Below are positions 44,990-59,227 of a DNA stretch of 64,000 nucleotides, in pieces. How positions within the stretch are numbered: position 1 is the stretch's first letter; each line of letters starts with the position of its first letter. A model generated the notes under the pieces. That model was not told the origin of the DNA. It saw only the letters and a list, made by a program, of their open reading frames with translations, and made no database searches. The position numbers were made by a program, and so were the translations under genes. The stretch covers positions 1 through 64,000 of the forward strand of contig MEDY01000134.1 in the NCBI GenBank assembly GCA_001724265.1, read 5' to 3'. This DNA comes from Rhizaria sp. SCN 62-66. Taxonomy: Eukaryota.

Positions 44990-47900
44990 ATGTTCCGCCG
45001 CGCCCTGGGGCTCAGCTGCCACTCCGCGCTCGCCGCGCGCGTCCCCGCCTCCTCCTCGGTCTCAGCCGCCGCGGCCGCGGTTGCAGCCACCGCGCTGAAC
45101 GCCGCTGCCGCGATCGCAGCACCCGCTAATGCCGCGAATGCTGTCGTAATCAACGCAAGCGCGGCTCATGCGCGTGCTTTCTCCACCGAGAGCAACAACA
45201 GCAGCGGCGGCAATGCCGGCTCCGCGCAGCCGCAGCGCAACAGTCATCACAACAACAGGCAGCACCACAGTGGCAACAACAACAACGCAGGCCAGCAGGG
45301 CAATCAGGGGCAGCAGCGGCCTGCGCATATGCGTCGCCGCACCCCCGTCGCCATGGCTCCTTCCGCCGCCTCTGCTTCCGACATGGACATCTTCCCTCTC
45401 CCGAACAGCAACGCCAACAGCAACTCGAGCGGCAAGAGCGGCGGCGGCGGTGCAGGCCAGACGTACAGTTCCAACTTCCAGAAGAACACCGCCTACCGCA
45501 ACGCCCCCGCCAGCAACAACAGCAGTGGGTCGGCCAGTGACAAGGCCGAGCACAGCGGCAGCGGCGGCCACGGCGGCGGCGGCAGCAGCTTCAGCCACAG
45601 CAACGAGGGCGGGGGTCTGTCTTACCACGACGACCTGATCGTCGCGGGCGGCATCATCCCCCAGCCCAACACTTCTCTGTTCGACTGTCGCTTCGACAAC
45701 AACTACGTCCACCAGCCCATCCGTCTCCCCGACTTCCCGATCCCGCCGCTGCCCGCGTCGTACTCGCTCGGCGACGTCCTGCGCTACACGGCCTACCTGC
45801 ACGACGAAGTGCTCGCCCGCGTCGCCTCGCACCGCGCCAGCAATGACCTGCTGGGGCCTGTCTTTTCCCAGGCCGACACCGCGATTCGGCTTCTGTTCGC
45901 CCGCTACCAGCACCTGTACCGGTACGCGCGGGTCCTCAAGTACCCCGTGTCGCGCTTCGCGGGGCTGCCGCCGGACGTGATCTACTGGACCACCGAGGAG
46001 GCGGCCGACGCGACGGGCTTGACCGAGGACGAGCGCGCGACGGTGCGGACAGACATTGCGCGCATGGAGGCCCTCGCGAACTCAACCCCTACCCCTCTCG
46101 CCACATCCACAACCTCCGCCTCCTCTCTCTCATCGTCAGCCTCAACCGCTGTCGCTCAGAACGCTGGCGCTGACGCTGGCGCTGACGCCTCAGCCGAGGC
46201 TGCTGCTGCTGCTACTGCTGCGGCCGCGGCTGCTGCTGCTGCGGCGGCGGCGAGTGGTGACCTGCATTTCGTCACCGAAGCAGGCCTCACCTCCGCTCTG
46301 TTCCTTCCGCCGTCCCCGGAGCTTTCCCTGTCCATTCAGGCCCTGTCTTCCCCGCAGCTCTCCTCCCTGCCGCGCGGCGACCTGGCGCGCGACGTGGCGT
46401 TCCTCAAGCCCAACTACTTCGAGGCGTACCCGGCATTCATCACAGACAAAGACGCCCGCCGCCGCTACCGCGCCACCGTCGACCGCGTCGCCGAGGTCCG
46501 CGGCCGGCTCAACGCCGTCAACACCATGCTCGCGGCCGCCGCGGCGCGGCTGCGCGCGGCCCGTCTGGCGCGCACGGCGCTGCTGACGCACACGAACCTC
46601 AGCGACGCGCTGGGCGAAGGGTTTACTACCGTGGCCGAGGCCGACGCGGCGTTCATCCAGGCGGGCGCGGCCATGCGCGTGCTGTTTGAACAGCGGCTGA
46701 CGCTGTTCCGCGACGTCAGCACGCTCGAGGCGCACTCGACCGACGTCATGTTCTCCGACGTGTGGCGGTGTATCGATGACGTCATGATCAAGTTCGTCAA
46801 CCGGCGCGCGTCGCGGTCGCTCACGGTCGTGTTCGAGAAGGTGGCGGCCACGCTCAATGTGATGGGACAGCCCGGGCTCACCGTGCGCACGCTGTCCACG
46901 CTGCTCAACGCTAATGTTGCGCTCAACGAAGAGACTATCCTCCAGGTTCGTACAAATTAAACAACAAAGCGATTCTCTCTCAAGCAAGAGAATCTTCTGA
47001 GTCAGAGTTCCAAAATAATTATTGACTATCCTCAATCGCTGTCGATATGACCATGTTTTTAAATGTTTTAGGCTTGACATTGTATATTTAATATCATTTC
47101 AATTATTTTATGTTCCATATTCGTATATTCATCTCATTTCCCAAACTTCTATTTGTTTAACGCATTTTAGGGCATCATCGGCGCCGTCTCTCTGCGCGCC
47201 CCTGAGCTCATCACGGGCTTCTTCAAGCTCTTCATCGACCAGTACGTCACCGGTGGCGCCCGCCCCGCCTCCCGCCACGACATCATCCGCGTGCTGAATC
47301 TGTCTGCGACCGCTTTGCTGGCGTCGGGCCACACGCGCGCAGCTCTCGTCGCAGTGGGCTCGGTCGCCTTCCACTTGTCCAAGGTGTCCGCGCCGCCCAC
47401 TTGGAACGTCGCGGCGATGTCGCACGTGCTCGCTAAGACCTTTGCGGCGTCGGACGCGCTGTCTGAGGCGTGGTCCGTGCTCATGCCGCCGCGCAATAAC
47501 CCTTATTTGGGCATCGACGCGCTGACCATCGAGGGCAAGGTCAAGCGGCTCAACGAGTCGCGGCCCCTCGCGCTGCCCGCCGACGCGAGCTACACTGCGT
47601 ACGTGTCGGACACGGTGCCGCTGCTCCGGCAGGGCGAGGGCGCCGCGCCCGCCGCAGGGGCCGCCGCGGCCGCGAGCGGCACCGGCGACACGGCCGGGGT
47701 GCAGCTCATCGCCCCTCAGTTACCGTCGCAAAACCTCTCTGACCTCACGCGCGCGATCGTCGGCGGGTACCTCTCGGGCCACTCGTCGCTTTTCTTCACC
47801 TCGGTCGAGACGGCGTCGGCGATGCTTGAGGGCATGGCCCTCTGCAAGCAGGTCAAGGGCGAGCGTGCTCTCAGGCACATTGCTGCCGTGGTGTCAATGG

Positions 47901-50900
47901 TCACGTACATCTGCCGGCCGACGCACCCCAACGTACGTTTCTTCGTATATTAACACATCAAAATCAACAAATACGATGTATTGTTTCTTCAAAAGATGAA
48001 ATAACTGTATCTTATGACTTTTTGCTACTATTTTCTCTCTAAAATCTTTTGCCTTTTGCGCTCTATTTGTGGTGTTTGTACAGGAGCCGCGCACACAGCA
48101 CCGCGATTCCCGCCAGGCCGCGAATGCTTCCGCCGGCACTAATACGTTCTCGAACGCCGCCCCCGCTGCTAGCGCCGCGACCGCGACTGCACCTGACGTG
48201 TTTACCGCCACCAGTGACCTCGATAACAACAGCAACGCGAATAACACCGCTAATGCTGCTGCTGCTTCTGCTTCTGTGCCCAATGACTCTGCTGTGGGTC
48301 GTCTGTCCGCCGTCGACACCTTCGACCGCGAGCTGGACGTGTTTCTGCAGTCGCAATACACCGACATCCCCGTCGCTTCCCTCGGGATCGCCGAGGCGCA
48401 GCGCGAGCTCGACTACCTTTCCACGGCTGCCACCTGGGACGCCGCGGGCGCGCCCACCGCGTTTGTGACGCGCATGGAGGACGCGTCGTCGCCGCTGCCC
48501 GGGCGCGCGGTCGGCACCATCACCAACTCGTTCGTCGAGTCGCTGACGGCTGCGCTCACCACCGCTGGCTTCCCTGAGGCCGCCGCAAGGTACGACTTTA
48601 AATAATAACTAAAACAAGAGATATCTCCACGTTACTAAACTTATATCAAGTGATTTTTATTTCTGTTTATTTTTGATTTTAATCTATAATTAAATGTTAC
48701 ATTTGCTGTTTTTATATTCTGAACGTTGTATCTCACTGTTACATAAATTAATATTCACTTACTCTTCACAGGATCTCGGAGGCGCTTCTGGTGTCCGACT
48801 CTGCGGCGTTGCCGAGCGAAGCGGTGCGCAACGACCGGTGCAACGCCGGCGTGGCTTACGCGCGCACCCTCACGGGTACCGCACGCGTTACCGAGCTCGT
48901 CACCGTCGCCGTCGTGGGCATCATCGAGCACCAGCGTCAGGTGCTGGCCGCGTCGCGCCGCCTCGCCAGCGGTGACCGCATGCAAGAGCGGTCGACGCGC
49001 CTCATCGGCTCTCACTTGGGCATCCCGGGGGACCTGGTCGACGGCAGCGATATGGTGCAGATCATCTACGGTTCGGCAAGCAACGCGCGACCCGTGAGTA
49101 CGGACTCGTGGCTAGCGCTCGCCGGCGCGTACCGCGGGCACATCCGCTGCTCCACCCCCACGAGTACCCCCACGAGTACCGCCATGAGTACCGGTGATAA
49201 TCATAATAACGCGATGGTGTTCGCGCACGACGCGATCCTGTCCCCTTTCCGCCGTCTCTTCATCGACGCCAGCGCCCATCATCCTCACTCCACCGCCGCC
49301 GCCGCCGCCGCTGCGACGATCGAGGCCCCCGTGACCATCCTGGACCGGAACCGGTACTTGCACGTGTACTCCGGCCCCCACACCGGTCTCGCCGGCCCCG
49401 GTGCGGGCGAGGCCCGCGCGCTGCCCCTCGAAGCCGCGCCCGCCGGCGACAACCTCGACTTCCAGCTCGATTTCCTCGCGCGCGTGCTGTACGCCGAGTC
49501 CGTCGGCGAGTGCTTCAACGGCACCGTCGGCACCGAGAACGACGTCGTCAACACCATCCCTGTGCACACGGACTCCAACGCGGCGCAGCTGACTAAGATC
49601 TCCGCCATCTCCGTCGCCACAGCTGCCGGTCCGCAGGGCGTCGCGGCCTTCAAGGAGGCCGCCGAGGCTGCTGTGGAGGCCGCCGCCGCCCGCGAAGCCA
49701 CCAAGGCGGCCGAGGAGGCCCAGCGCGCCGCTTTGGGCCTGCCCGCAGTCGTCCCACTCGCTAATACAAGCGCCGGCTCTGAAGGCGGGGCGGCCACGCG
49801 TGCCGCCGCGCTCGCCGCCGCCACCACCGTGCGCGTGCAAGACGAGATCGAGTCTCTGCAGTCAATCGCGCGCGCTCTGACGCAGCGCAGTGAGCAGGAG
49901 ATTCGCCCACACTCGCTCGACTCGCACTCGGCGCGTGTCACACAGCTGACGGAAGCGTTTGCAGCGATGCAGATCCGCGATTTCGCGCTCGACCTCTCCG
50001 AAGTCACAACGGCCATGAAGGCTGACATTGCCGCGGGCGTCCATGGCGCGCTGGCGGAGGCCATCGCGGCGAACGCTCTGCGCAAGCCTCGCGTCGGTAA
50101 CCGCGGGCGCATGGCCTCGTACGAGGTCGAGGACGCGTATCTGCGCCGCGGGTTCGCCCGCAATTCGTCAGATCTGCGCTTCTTCCGTCCCCTGGTCGCC
50201 GCGGGCACCCCGCCCAGCCTGAACGCCATGTACGGCCCGCGGCCGCACCAGACGCTCAAGCTGTTCCGTCCCGTCGCGCGGATGTCGGGCCCCGTGATGA
50301 TCAATCTCGCGACGAACCGGTCGAACCAGACGCGGCGTGCGACGGCGCTGGTCAACGGCTACGACAACGGCTTCGCGGGAGAACACGCCGCCATCGCCGC
50401 TGACTGCGCGTTTGCCTCCTCGGTCGACTCACTGGCCGCCGACCCCATGCCGTCGTCGCCGCCCATGATCCCGCGCGTCACGCTCCCCGTCTCCCGCCGC
50501 ACTGTCGCGCTGGGGCTTGGTGCGTCGGGACCGGAGCGGCAGGTTGCGGCCCACAGGCTCCGCGCACAGGCCAATCCCGCGCACAGGCCGGTGTCGGTCG
50601 CCGCCGCGGGCGCAGTCTACGACATCGTCGTACAGGTATGCTAAAGCAAAAGCGAACAACGTACTATGATGATATATCGCTCTATTAAGCTAAAATTGTG
50701 GTTTATTTGTGTCGTCAACATATTATTTATCTTATTTCCATATCATAATCTCTTATCTTGCCTCTCAATCTATAATTTTTGTTGATTCCCCCACTCTTGT
50801 AGGTGTTCCGCCGCGTGCTCGTGGAGCGCCCCTTCAACCTGGGCGACCCCAGCCAAGCCGGCACGTGGTCCCAGCGGCCCCAGCGCCCCGACGGCCTCAT

Positions 50901-53900
50901 GACGTCCCTCACCGCGCCATTCGCGGGCCTCGCACAGTACGTCCGCTTGCTCAAGCAGTACGCGCCCATGCCGCTGACAGCACAGCTCGCAGCGCTGCAG
51001 ATGCGCCGCCTCGCCGCCGAAGCCACCGCTGCCGCCGCCACCGCCGCTGCCAACGGCGCCACAGCAACCCCCGCGGCTACGGCTGACCGTGCCCGCGCCG
51101 AGGCCGAGCTCGCGCAGATCACCGCCGCCGAGGCCGAGACCCACGCTGCCGGCGTCGCGGCCGGCGCCCGTGCCCGCGCGTTCCTGGCCGACTTCACCGC
51201 GATCCTCGCCCCCGCGCTAGAGCGCCTGCTCGCCGTGCGGACCGCGCAGCTGATGCGCTACCGCGACCTCGTCACGCAGCGCATGCACGGCGCCGAACTG
51301 CTCGACACGGAACCCTTCGCGGCAGCGCTGCGGCAGCTGCACGAGGAAGCCGCTGCGCTCGCGGCGGCATACTCGTTCATCGCGCCGGAGAAGATCACGG
51401 AGAATAACGCGAATCCGCTGCGGTTTTCACCGGTGGCGGCGTATATGACGCATATCACGCCCTATATCACCAATCTCGCCCCTGCACTGCGCTCGGCGGT
51501 GCCTGTGGCGCTTACCCCCGATGGCGCCGCCGCCGCCGCCGCCGCCGCTGCCGAGACTGCCGCTGCTGAGGCCACTGCTGCTAAGAAGGGCACTGGCAGT
51601 GGCAACAAGCGTGGTAACAACAGCGCGAACGCTGTGAATGCGAGTGCTTCTTTTGCGGTGGAGAGCGTTGATGTGCTGCCGTTCACCCCCGCAGCCACTG
51701 CAGTCTACACTTGGGCCGATGACAGCAACGCTGATGCCGAGGCCGCCGTTATCGCTGTCCCCGCGCGCCGTGATCTTCTGGCCGGCGTCAACCCGCCCCA
51801 GCCGCTCGCAGGCGTGACCGTCGCCGAAGTCGCCGTCTTAGCCTCGCCCCCGCAGGCTCTGACGCGCGAGCACCTCGACATCTGGTCACGCGCCAACGCG
51901 ACCCCGCGCGCCCTGCCCATCGCGCTGCCCGATCCGGCGGCGATCGCGGCGCAGCGGCCGGTGCCCGTGCCGGCGTCCGCGCCCGTCCACGCTCCAGGCA
52001 TCCCCAGCGACTCACACTCTGGCTCCGCGAGGGCGACTGTGACTGCTCTGCCGTACACCGCGCTGTCCGCGGGCCCCTCGGCCGCTGCGCTGCTGCGCCT
52101 GGCCGAGGCGTCCCTCCCCGTCCCACTCGCTGGTCCCACCGACGACGCGCTCTCCCGCTCGCGTGTGCTCAACGAAGTCGCAGACGGCACGGGCGCGCTT
52201 AACTTCCGCCGCGGCGCGCTGCTGCAGCCGTCGCCGCGCACGCTCGTCTCCGCCGCGGCCGCTGCGCTCAGGCAGCGCGACGAGAAGGCGCTTTACACAG
52301 CATTGTACGCGTTATTCGCGTTCCGTCCTGCGCTGGAGAGGGAGTTGCAGCATTTCGCAGACACGGGTGCTTGGAGCCAGTCTAGCCCCGCTAACAACAA
52401 CAACAACTACAGCAACATCAGTGGCAATGCTGCTGACAGTAACGGGATGATGACGGTGGTCAGTGCCGGCGCTCAGCAACAGCAGGCGCCTCTTGTCTTC
52501 CGTCGCGCCAACAACTTCCACCACCGCGTCGAGTCATCCGACTCTAACGGCAACGGCAACAGTGAGAACAGCGACGCTGAGTCTTCTGCTGCGAATGGTG
52601 CCAACAACGGCAAGCCCGTGGCGCCCCTGTCTGCGATCCCCGCATCGCACAGGCTGGACCCATTCCTGTTGGACGACCTCGAGCTGACCCGCATGCACGC
52701 CAGCGGCCGCCAGTCGTTCCTGGGCGCCGTCCAGTCGATGTACTCGTTCATCGCGCAAAACGCCCTGCTGCAGACGCCCTGGGAGATCCCCAACGAGGGC
52801 TCGCCGGTCGAGGCGCGGCAGGCACGGCTGCTGTTGCGGCTCAAAACGCTTCAGAGCCTCCGCGCCGCGCCCGCCGGGCCCGGCGCCGCGGCGGCCGCGG
52901 TGGGGGCCGCCGCCGCTTCCGTCGTGACTGGCGGGACTGCTGGCGCTGGGAGCGGCGGCGCACCGAAGCCGGCGCTGCCGATCCCGGGCCTTAAGGTAGG
53001 GCTTCCCGGGCTGCCCACGAAGGTCGGCGGCGTGCTGCTGGGCGGGCTCAATACCTTCGCGATGCCGCAGCCGCTCGCACTCGCGAAACCCACCCCTGTC
53101 GCTAGCTCCGCCGCTTCTGCTGCTGCCACCGGTGGGGAGAGCGCGGGTGTGCGCGCCGCGGGCGGCGGTCTGCGCCGATCGTTCCTCCGCGGCGGCACCG
53201 GCACTGCCGCGGCGGCCGGCGCGCTGCAGACCGCCGGCGCCGGTGGCGCGGGCGCCGGCGCGGGCAAGGGCGGCGGCGTGCGCGACCTGCGCGATAAGAT
53301 GTCTCAGGCCGAGCGGACGACGCGGCTGACGTATTCTCTCAGCGACGGCACTACGTACTCGCGGCCGATGCTGGCGCAGCCGCCGACGGAGCTGTTGTCG
53401 GTGTTGGAAGGTGTGCAGGAGCAGATCGAGCGTGGACTGTTTGCGGATATGGACGAGGTGAAGCTGGCCAAGGTTCTCAAGCAGGCCACCAGTCATCACC
53501 TCGCCACCCCCGCCACCCAGTCTCACAGCAAGTCTCAGGCTCAGACGACGAGCCAGATCCAGCTGCCTAACGCGGTCGCGTTCGCGCGACCCGACGTGCG
53601 CCGCGCCGTCGCGCAGCAGATGACTGCGACGCTGCTGGCCCAGGCCGGCGAGCTCGAGTCACTCGAGTCCCGCCTGCTGACCGCGTTGTACTCTTCGGTC
53701 GCGCGCATCAACGCCGTGTACGCCGCCGAGGACGCGGCGCCCACGTCCCCGTTCTCGGCCTCGGGTTCCGGATCCCATGCCGCGCGCGTCATGGCGCTTC
53801 CCTCCGTCGAGGGCGTGATCGAGACGGCGCTGTTCCTGGCCTGCGGGCGCGTGTTTGCGCAGCTGCGGCTGCTGCTGGACGAGGTCGCGCCCGCTCTGCC

Positions 53901-54081
53901 CACGGTCCCCAAGCAGAGCGACTTCGAGCCGCTGAGCGAGAAGCCCCAGCTGCGGATGCTGATGCCGAGTACGGGCAGCAAGATGTTCAGCACGACCACG
54001 TCGTCGTCGGAGCGAGGCGCGGTGTCGGCCGTGGAAGTGCCCGTGCAGCTACCGCCTGTCGTCGAGCTCATGGGCTGGTAA
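44990..54081 (+). CDS. Very large uncharacterised protein (2788 aa) with predicted mitochondrial presequence; exons 44990-46945, 47171-47932, 48084-48589, 48772-50635, 50803-54081
   Basis: Four AT-rich GT-AG introns join five ORF segments into one 8367-nt frame. The N-terminus is MFRRALGLSCHSALAARV...HARAFSTES. No family recognised. Confidence 0.82.
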
Positions 54082-55140
54082 ACTTGTAAGCTTAACTCTA
54101 AACTCTATAATGCCTGACACAAAGACAAAGCTTCAAAGCAACTTTGCTTTGCCATGATTTTTCAAGTGCTTTGTAACAACGATATTGTCTTCAAAGATGA
54201 TAATATCGTCCCTTTATACTTTAATATTTATTCGCCACACTGCCAGGGTATGTTGTGTGTGGTTATTTTTAACAACGTTTCATGTTCGAAACGATATTGA
54301 TAACTAACAATAACTTGTGGACGCTTTTTGAGTGTCGCACGCAGCATCAAAGCAAAACTGGATACTCTAATACAATCGACATCATGTTTCTACCGTTTAA
54401 AATCAACATGATGGTGCTATTTTCATCCACGCTAGTTAGTCAAGCTTCACTTCTGGACATCATTGCGTGACGGAGGGAGTTGTTTTGAGTACAATCAGAC
54501 GATTTTATTAATCTTTTGGTTCAATATTAGATATGATTATAATCACAGTGCCGATATATGTTATCATCGCCACTGCTTTGTCACATGACACTGCAGCACT
54601 CCAAACAACAAACACACACTCACATGACACACATCGCATAGTCTCCGAATAAACACAGAGTAAGATGATAAGCACAAAGAATGCAAACACCTAAAAAATG
54701 ATAGACGAGAACATGCCGTGTGCGTGTGTGCAAGAGTATGCCGCTGCTGTACGCGCAACGTGTCTTTTGCATAAATACAACAACCGCTCCATCACACACT
54801 TCTGAGAGTTCTCAGAAGCATCTTGGAATTGTTGACTGACTTTTACTACTACTTATACGACTATCGAAAGGGAATATACAACAAACTAGAACTACTAACT
54901 AAAACATCACATTTTTTTTCGCACGTAGCTCAACAAAACAAGAGGAGAAAAAGAAAGGGGGAGTACAACAATCTGCATTGTTTGTCGCCTACATACTTTC
55001 TTCAAGATCTTGAAGCCGCGCTCTGAAACTGACGTACACCCAACCACAAACCACACGCTCACTATTTTGAAATGAAATGAGAGATTGTGGACTTGACGCT
55101 CGGGTACTTAGCTTAGGCTTAAGCACTGGGGCGGCTTAAC

Positions 55141-56232
55141 TTACTTCTTGAAGGGGCGCGCCATGACCTGCTCGACGGCGGACACGACGTTGCGGATCTG
55201 GGGGTACCAGGCCTCCTCGAGGTTGAACGCATAGGGGTTGGGGACATCGGCGGTCGACACACGGACGGGGGGCGCGTCGATGTAGTCGAACGTGCCGGTC
55301 TCGGCCATAGCGGCGATGATCTCAGCGCCGACACCCGACTGGGGCCAGGCCTCCTCGACGGTGACGAGACGGCCAGTCTTCTTGACCGAGGCCGCGATGG
55401 TCTCGATGTCCATGGGGCGGATGGTACGGAGGTTGACAACCTCGGCAGAGACGCCCTTGGCGGCGAGCTCCTCGGCGGCCTGCATCGCCGTCTGCATGCC
55501 CTTGGAGTAGGACACGATGGTGACGTCGGTGCCGGCGCGCTGGATCTTGGCCTTGCCGATCGGCAGCACGAAGTCGGGCGAGTTGTACTCCTCCGAGACC
55601 GGGAACGTCACACCGTACAGCAGCTCAGACTCGAGGAACACCACGGGGTTGTCGTCGCGGATCGCCGCCTTGAGCAGGCCCTTGGCGTCCTCGGCGTCAT
55701 AGGGCGCGAGGACCTTGAGGCCGGGGACGGACGAGTACCAGGCCGCGAAGCACTGCGAATGCTGCGCGCCGACCGCCGCGGCGGCGCCGTTGCAGCCGCG
55801 GAAGACGATGGGGGAGTTGATCTTGCCGCCGGACATGTAGTAGGTCTTGGCGGCCGAGTTGACGATGTGGTCGATGGCCTGCATGGAGAAGTTGAAGGTC
55901 ATGAACTCGCAGATGGGGCGCAGACCGGCGAAGGCGGCGCCGACGGCGAGGCCCGTGAAGCCCATCTCGGTGATCGGGGTGTCGACAACGCGCTCGGGGC
56001 CAAACTTGGCGAGCATGCCCTTTGAGATCTTGTACGCGCCGTCGTACTGCGCAACCTCCTCACCGATGAGGAAGACGTTCTTATCGCGGGCCATCTCCTC
56101 GCACATGGCGTCGTTGAGCGCCTGACGCACCGTCGTCGAGGTCACGGGGGCGGAGGAGGCGGCCGCGGCAGTGGAGAAGCTGCGGGAGGCCACGCGGAGC
56201 GCGCCGGCCGTCTTGAGGGCAGTCTTGAACAT
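55141..56232 (-). CDS. PDHB: Pyruvate dehydrogenase E1 beta subunit, mitochondrial
   Basis: Presequence, then [52 protein letters not shown] and [11 protein letters not shown]. Confidence 0.98.
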   Translation of the reverse strand: MFKTALKTAGALRVASRSFSTAAAASSAPVTSTTVRQALNDAMCEEMARDKNVFLIGEEVAQYDGAYKISKGMLAKFGPERVVDTPITEMGFTGLAVGAAFAGLRPICEFMTFNFSMQAIDHIVNSAAKTYYMSGGKINSPIVFRGCNGAAAAVGAQHSQCFAAWYSSVPGLKVLAPYDAEDAKGLLKAAIRDDNPVVFLESELLYGVTFPVSEEYNSPDFVLPIGKAKIQRAGTDVTIVSYSKGMQTAMQAAEELAAKGVSAEVVNLRTIRPMDIETIAASVKKTGRLVTVEEAWPQSGVGAEIIAAMAETGTFDYIDAPPVRVSTADVPNPYAFNLEEAWYPQIRNVVSAVEQVMARPFKK

Positions 56233-57359
56233 GCTGTGGGACGTGAGGGCGGTAGGGCGTTAACAGATGAGAGGGGCGGCGAGGGCACAAATCGGAGAAG
56301 CGGAGATAGGATACAGTGAGATACAACGGGTGAGCTAGAGGACGATTATGTGATGAGAAGAAAGTTGAATAGTTAAGGTTTCTTAAAACAACGCTTGTTT
56401 TTGCATAGATAAGCCGTTCAGAGCGTGGTGAGCTCTCGAAAACGGAATACGTCATGATGCGGCTGCCAGTGGACATTGAGTTTCCACGGTCGTCGAGTCA
56501 CGGAAGACAAGAGGGCGTGGCGACACAGCGTTTGCACGAGATGCATCCGCGACCAGAGAAGCTTCACTATCAGTGTCCACGGTATATTATCATATGCGCT
56601 GCGTTTAAGCACGCGCCCGGCGACGGGGGCAGCGGCGCGAAAGTGAGGTGGCGATGACCGCAGTGCCCTGGGCTGGCGTCGCCGTTGGGTTCCCTTCACC
56701 GTGCACAAGCTTCTGCGCGCACACAAACGCGATAGCGCCCTACATCAAGTTGCCACATATCTAGAAACAATTGAGATTTCGCGAACAACGGTTCTTACAG
56801 AGCATAAAAGCCCGCTCAAAAGCCCGCCCCTAGTCAACAATCGACGGCTTAACTTCCCGCGTCCGTGACCGAGTCGGCCACCGACAGACCGAGCTCTCTC
56901 ACGGTCGCAGCCAGTCAGTCAAGCCCACAATGAGGCATTCAAGCGAGAGGTCAAAAGTGGTAGTAGACACCGTTTGAGGATGTATATCAGAGTTCATATG
57001 CTCTATGCGAAATTGGGATTGTTGTTTTGTTTTTCGTTTTCCGTGGCGATCGCTGTGGCACGCAGTATGCGAGTCGTTTTGGAATGCAGGGGACAAGATT
57101 CTCCTTCCAGAGCCTCGCTCCCTTTCCCTCTATGAAAAAACGGCATTCCCAGCCACTCACAACAGTTACACGTGCATTTCTATCACTATCCCAATCTTAA
57201 GTCACGGGATATATCTTTCTTTTCCTAACATGACGTCATTAACTCTGGTTTCTGCTTTTGATATGATGAAACGCTGACTCATCCTATCTGTCTATGTTCC
57301 CTCTGCACTCCGCTCCCATCCTCTCTCGCAACATTCCTAGACCCAGTCGTTTCCCCAAG

Positions 57360-57944
57360 ATGATGATCAAGTCCATCCTTGTTGGCCTCATCGGCCTGCT
57401 CGCGCTCGCCTGCGCTGACCCCACCATCACCAACAAGGTCTTTTTCGACATTTCCATCGACAACGTCCCCGCCGGCCGTGTCATCATGGGCCTCTTCGGC
57501 AACGACGTCCCCAAGACCGTCGAGAACTTCCGCGCCCTCTGCACTGGCGAGAAGGGCATGGGCTCCTCCGGCAAGCCCCTGCACTACAAGGGCTCGACCT
57601 TCCACCGCGTGATTCCGCAGTTCATGATCCAGGGCGGCGACTTCACCCACGGCACCGGCACTGGTGGCGAGTCCATCTACGGCGCTAAGTTCGCCGACGA
57701 GAACTTCAAGCTCAAGCACACCACGCCCGGCATGCTCTCCATGGCTAACGCGGGCCCCAACACCAACGGCTCGCAGTTCTTCATCACCACCGTGCAGACG
57801 CCGTGGCTGGACAACCGCCACGTGGTGTTCGGCAAGGTCGTCGAGGGCTACGACATCGTCCGCAAGGTCGAGGCCCTCGGCTCTGGCTCTGGCCGCCCCG
57901 CCAAGAAGATCACCATCGCCGACTCCGGCGAGCTCCCCCTCTAA
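57360..57944 (+). CDS. Cyclophilin-type PPIase with signal peptide (cyclophilin B-like)
   Basis: Signal peptide [79 protein letters not shown]. Confidence 0.97.
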   Translation: MMIKSILVGLIGLLALACADPTITNKVFFDISIDNVPAGRVIMGLFGNDVPKTVENFRALCTGEKGMGSSGKPLHYKGSTFHRVIPQFMIQGGDFTHGTGTGGESIYGAKFADENFKLKHTTPGMLSMANAGPNTNGSQFFITTVQTPWLDNRHVVFGKVVEGYDIVRKVEALGSGSGRPAKKITIADSGELPL

Positions 57945-59227
57945 GCGAATCAGCGGCTAAGTACGAAGCCCCCGAGCGCAAAGATGCGTGAAAGCGTCTC
58001 TGAAGAGATGAGAGTTTTGGTGTGATTGTTCTATGAGTAACAACATGAGTTGTGATGTCTGTTGTGTGTTTGTTTTTTTCTTACTTACTTAACTGGGATG
58101 AATACACAGAAACACGGATCTATCAAACACGTCTATTGCCATTATTTGTGGCACTATTTGCTCTGAGGCTGCTGCTTGCTCGCTCGACGTTTGTGGTGGG
58201 GCAAGGGGGGCTGTTAGGGAGGAGGTATGACCGACAAGAATTTTATGGGCACGAGATCATTCGATCGTTAACAGCATACACGCTGATGTATCCAATATCT
58301 CCGCACTTGATGTATACAGTTTCATTATATTTTCTCCTATAGCAAGCACCTGTGCACATTGAATCTCGTTTTCTGTTCTCCACAAGCGTCATCGTCATGT
58401 TGAGGAGAGCTTCATTCAGATTCACTGATTACCTTGCTATACGGCATTAAACGCAATATTTCCTATTTGCACCGCACTGTCATGACGCATGTCTTAACGG
58501 ACTTGGTTTAGTTGCTTAGCTAATCGATTTATGCTTGTTCTCTCACCCCTTCTTGACACTGTAGCTTCACTCGCCCGTCGCAAGATAGGAAAACTGGAGC
58601 CTACAACACCGTAGCCGCCCAATTTCCTCTTCCGCGTTGTCTTCTTCAGGCCCCCGCCCGTCCGCCTTACCGCACCCTTTCTCCTCCCTCGTCAACCACA
58701 GCCAAGGGCAAGGGCAGGCAGGCACGGGCAATCCTAATACCACCGATACGCTGAGTTCAAACGCTCCTGTTAACAGCAACAGCAGCAGCCGCGGCAACAG
58801 CAACAACTTGCTCCAAGTTCCCCATCAACAGCAGCAGCAACATCATTAGCGTAATTCATTGTCTCTGTCGGTCTCGTCAGCGTCGTCGGTTTGTAGTGAC
58901 GATCATACCGAAGAGAAGCCTCTCACTGCACGCTACAACAATAACAACAACAGCAGCAGGAGCGCGTACAACAACGCTCAAACTGCTTCGGTTGCCAAAC
59001 AACTCTCTCTAAACAACAACTACGATAACGAGCGCCTCGACGGTCGCAGTAACATTCGTATCGCACCTTTGAACAGCAGCGCGTCTCCACAGCAACATCG
59101 CATCGCAACAATCGCTCCGGTCACTGTCACAGTTACCCAGGCGCAGTTTCTCTCTCTCGTCGACGATCTGAACAACAAGACCAACAACAATAGTCGCAAG
59201 AATAGCGATAGCGTGAGCCTAAGTACG

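Noticed and set aside
54799-54818. Hairpin CTTCTGAGA-GT-TCTCAGAAG between convergent genes
   Set aside because: A single 9-bp stem with no supporting context; bacterial-style terminators are not expected in a eukaryote.
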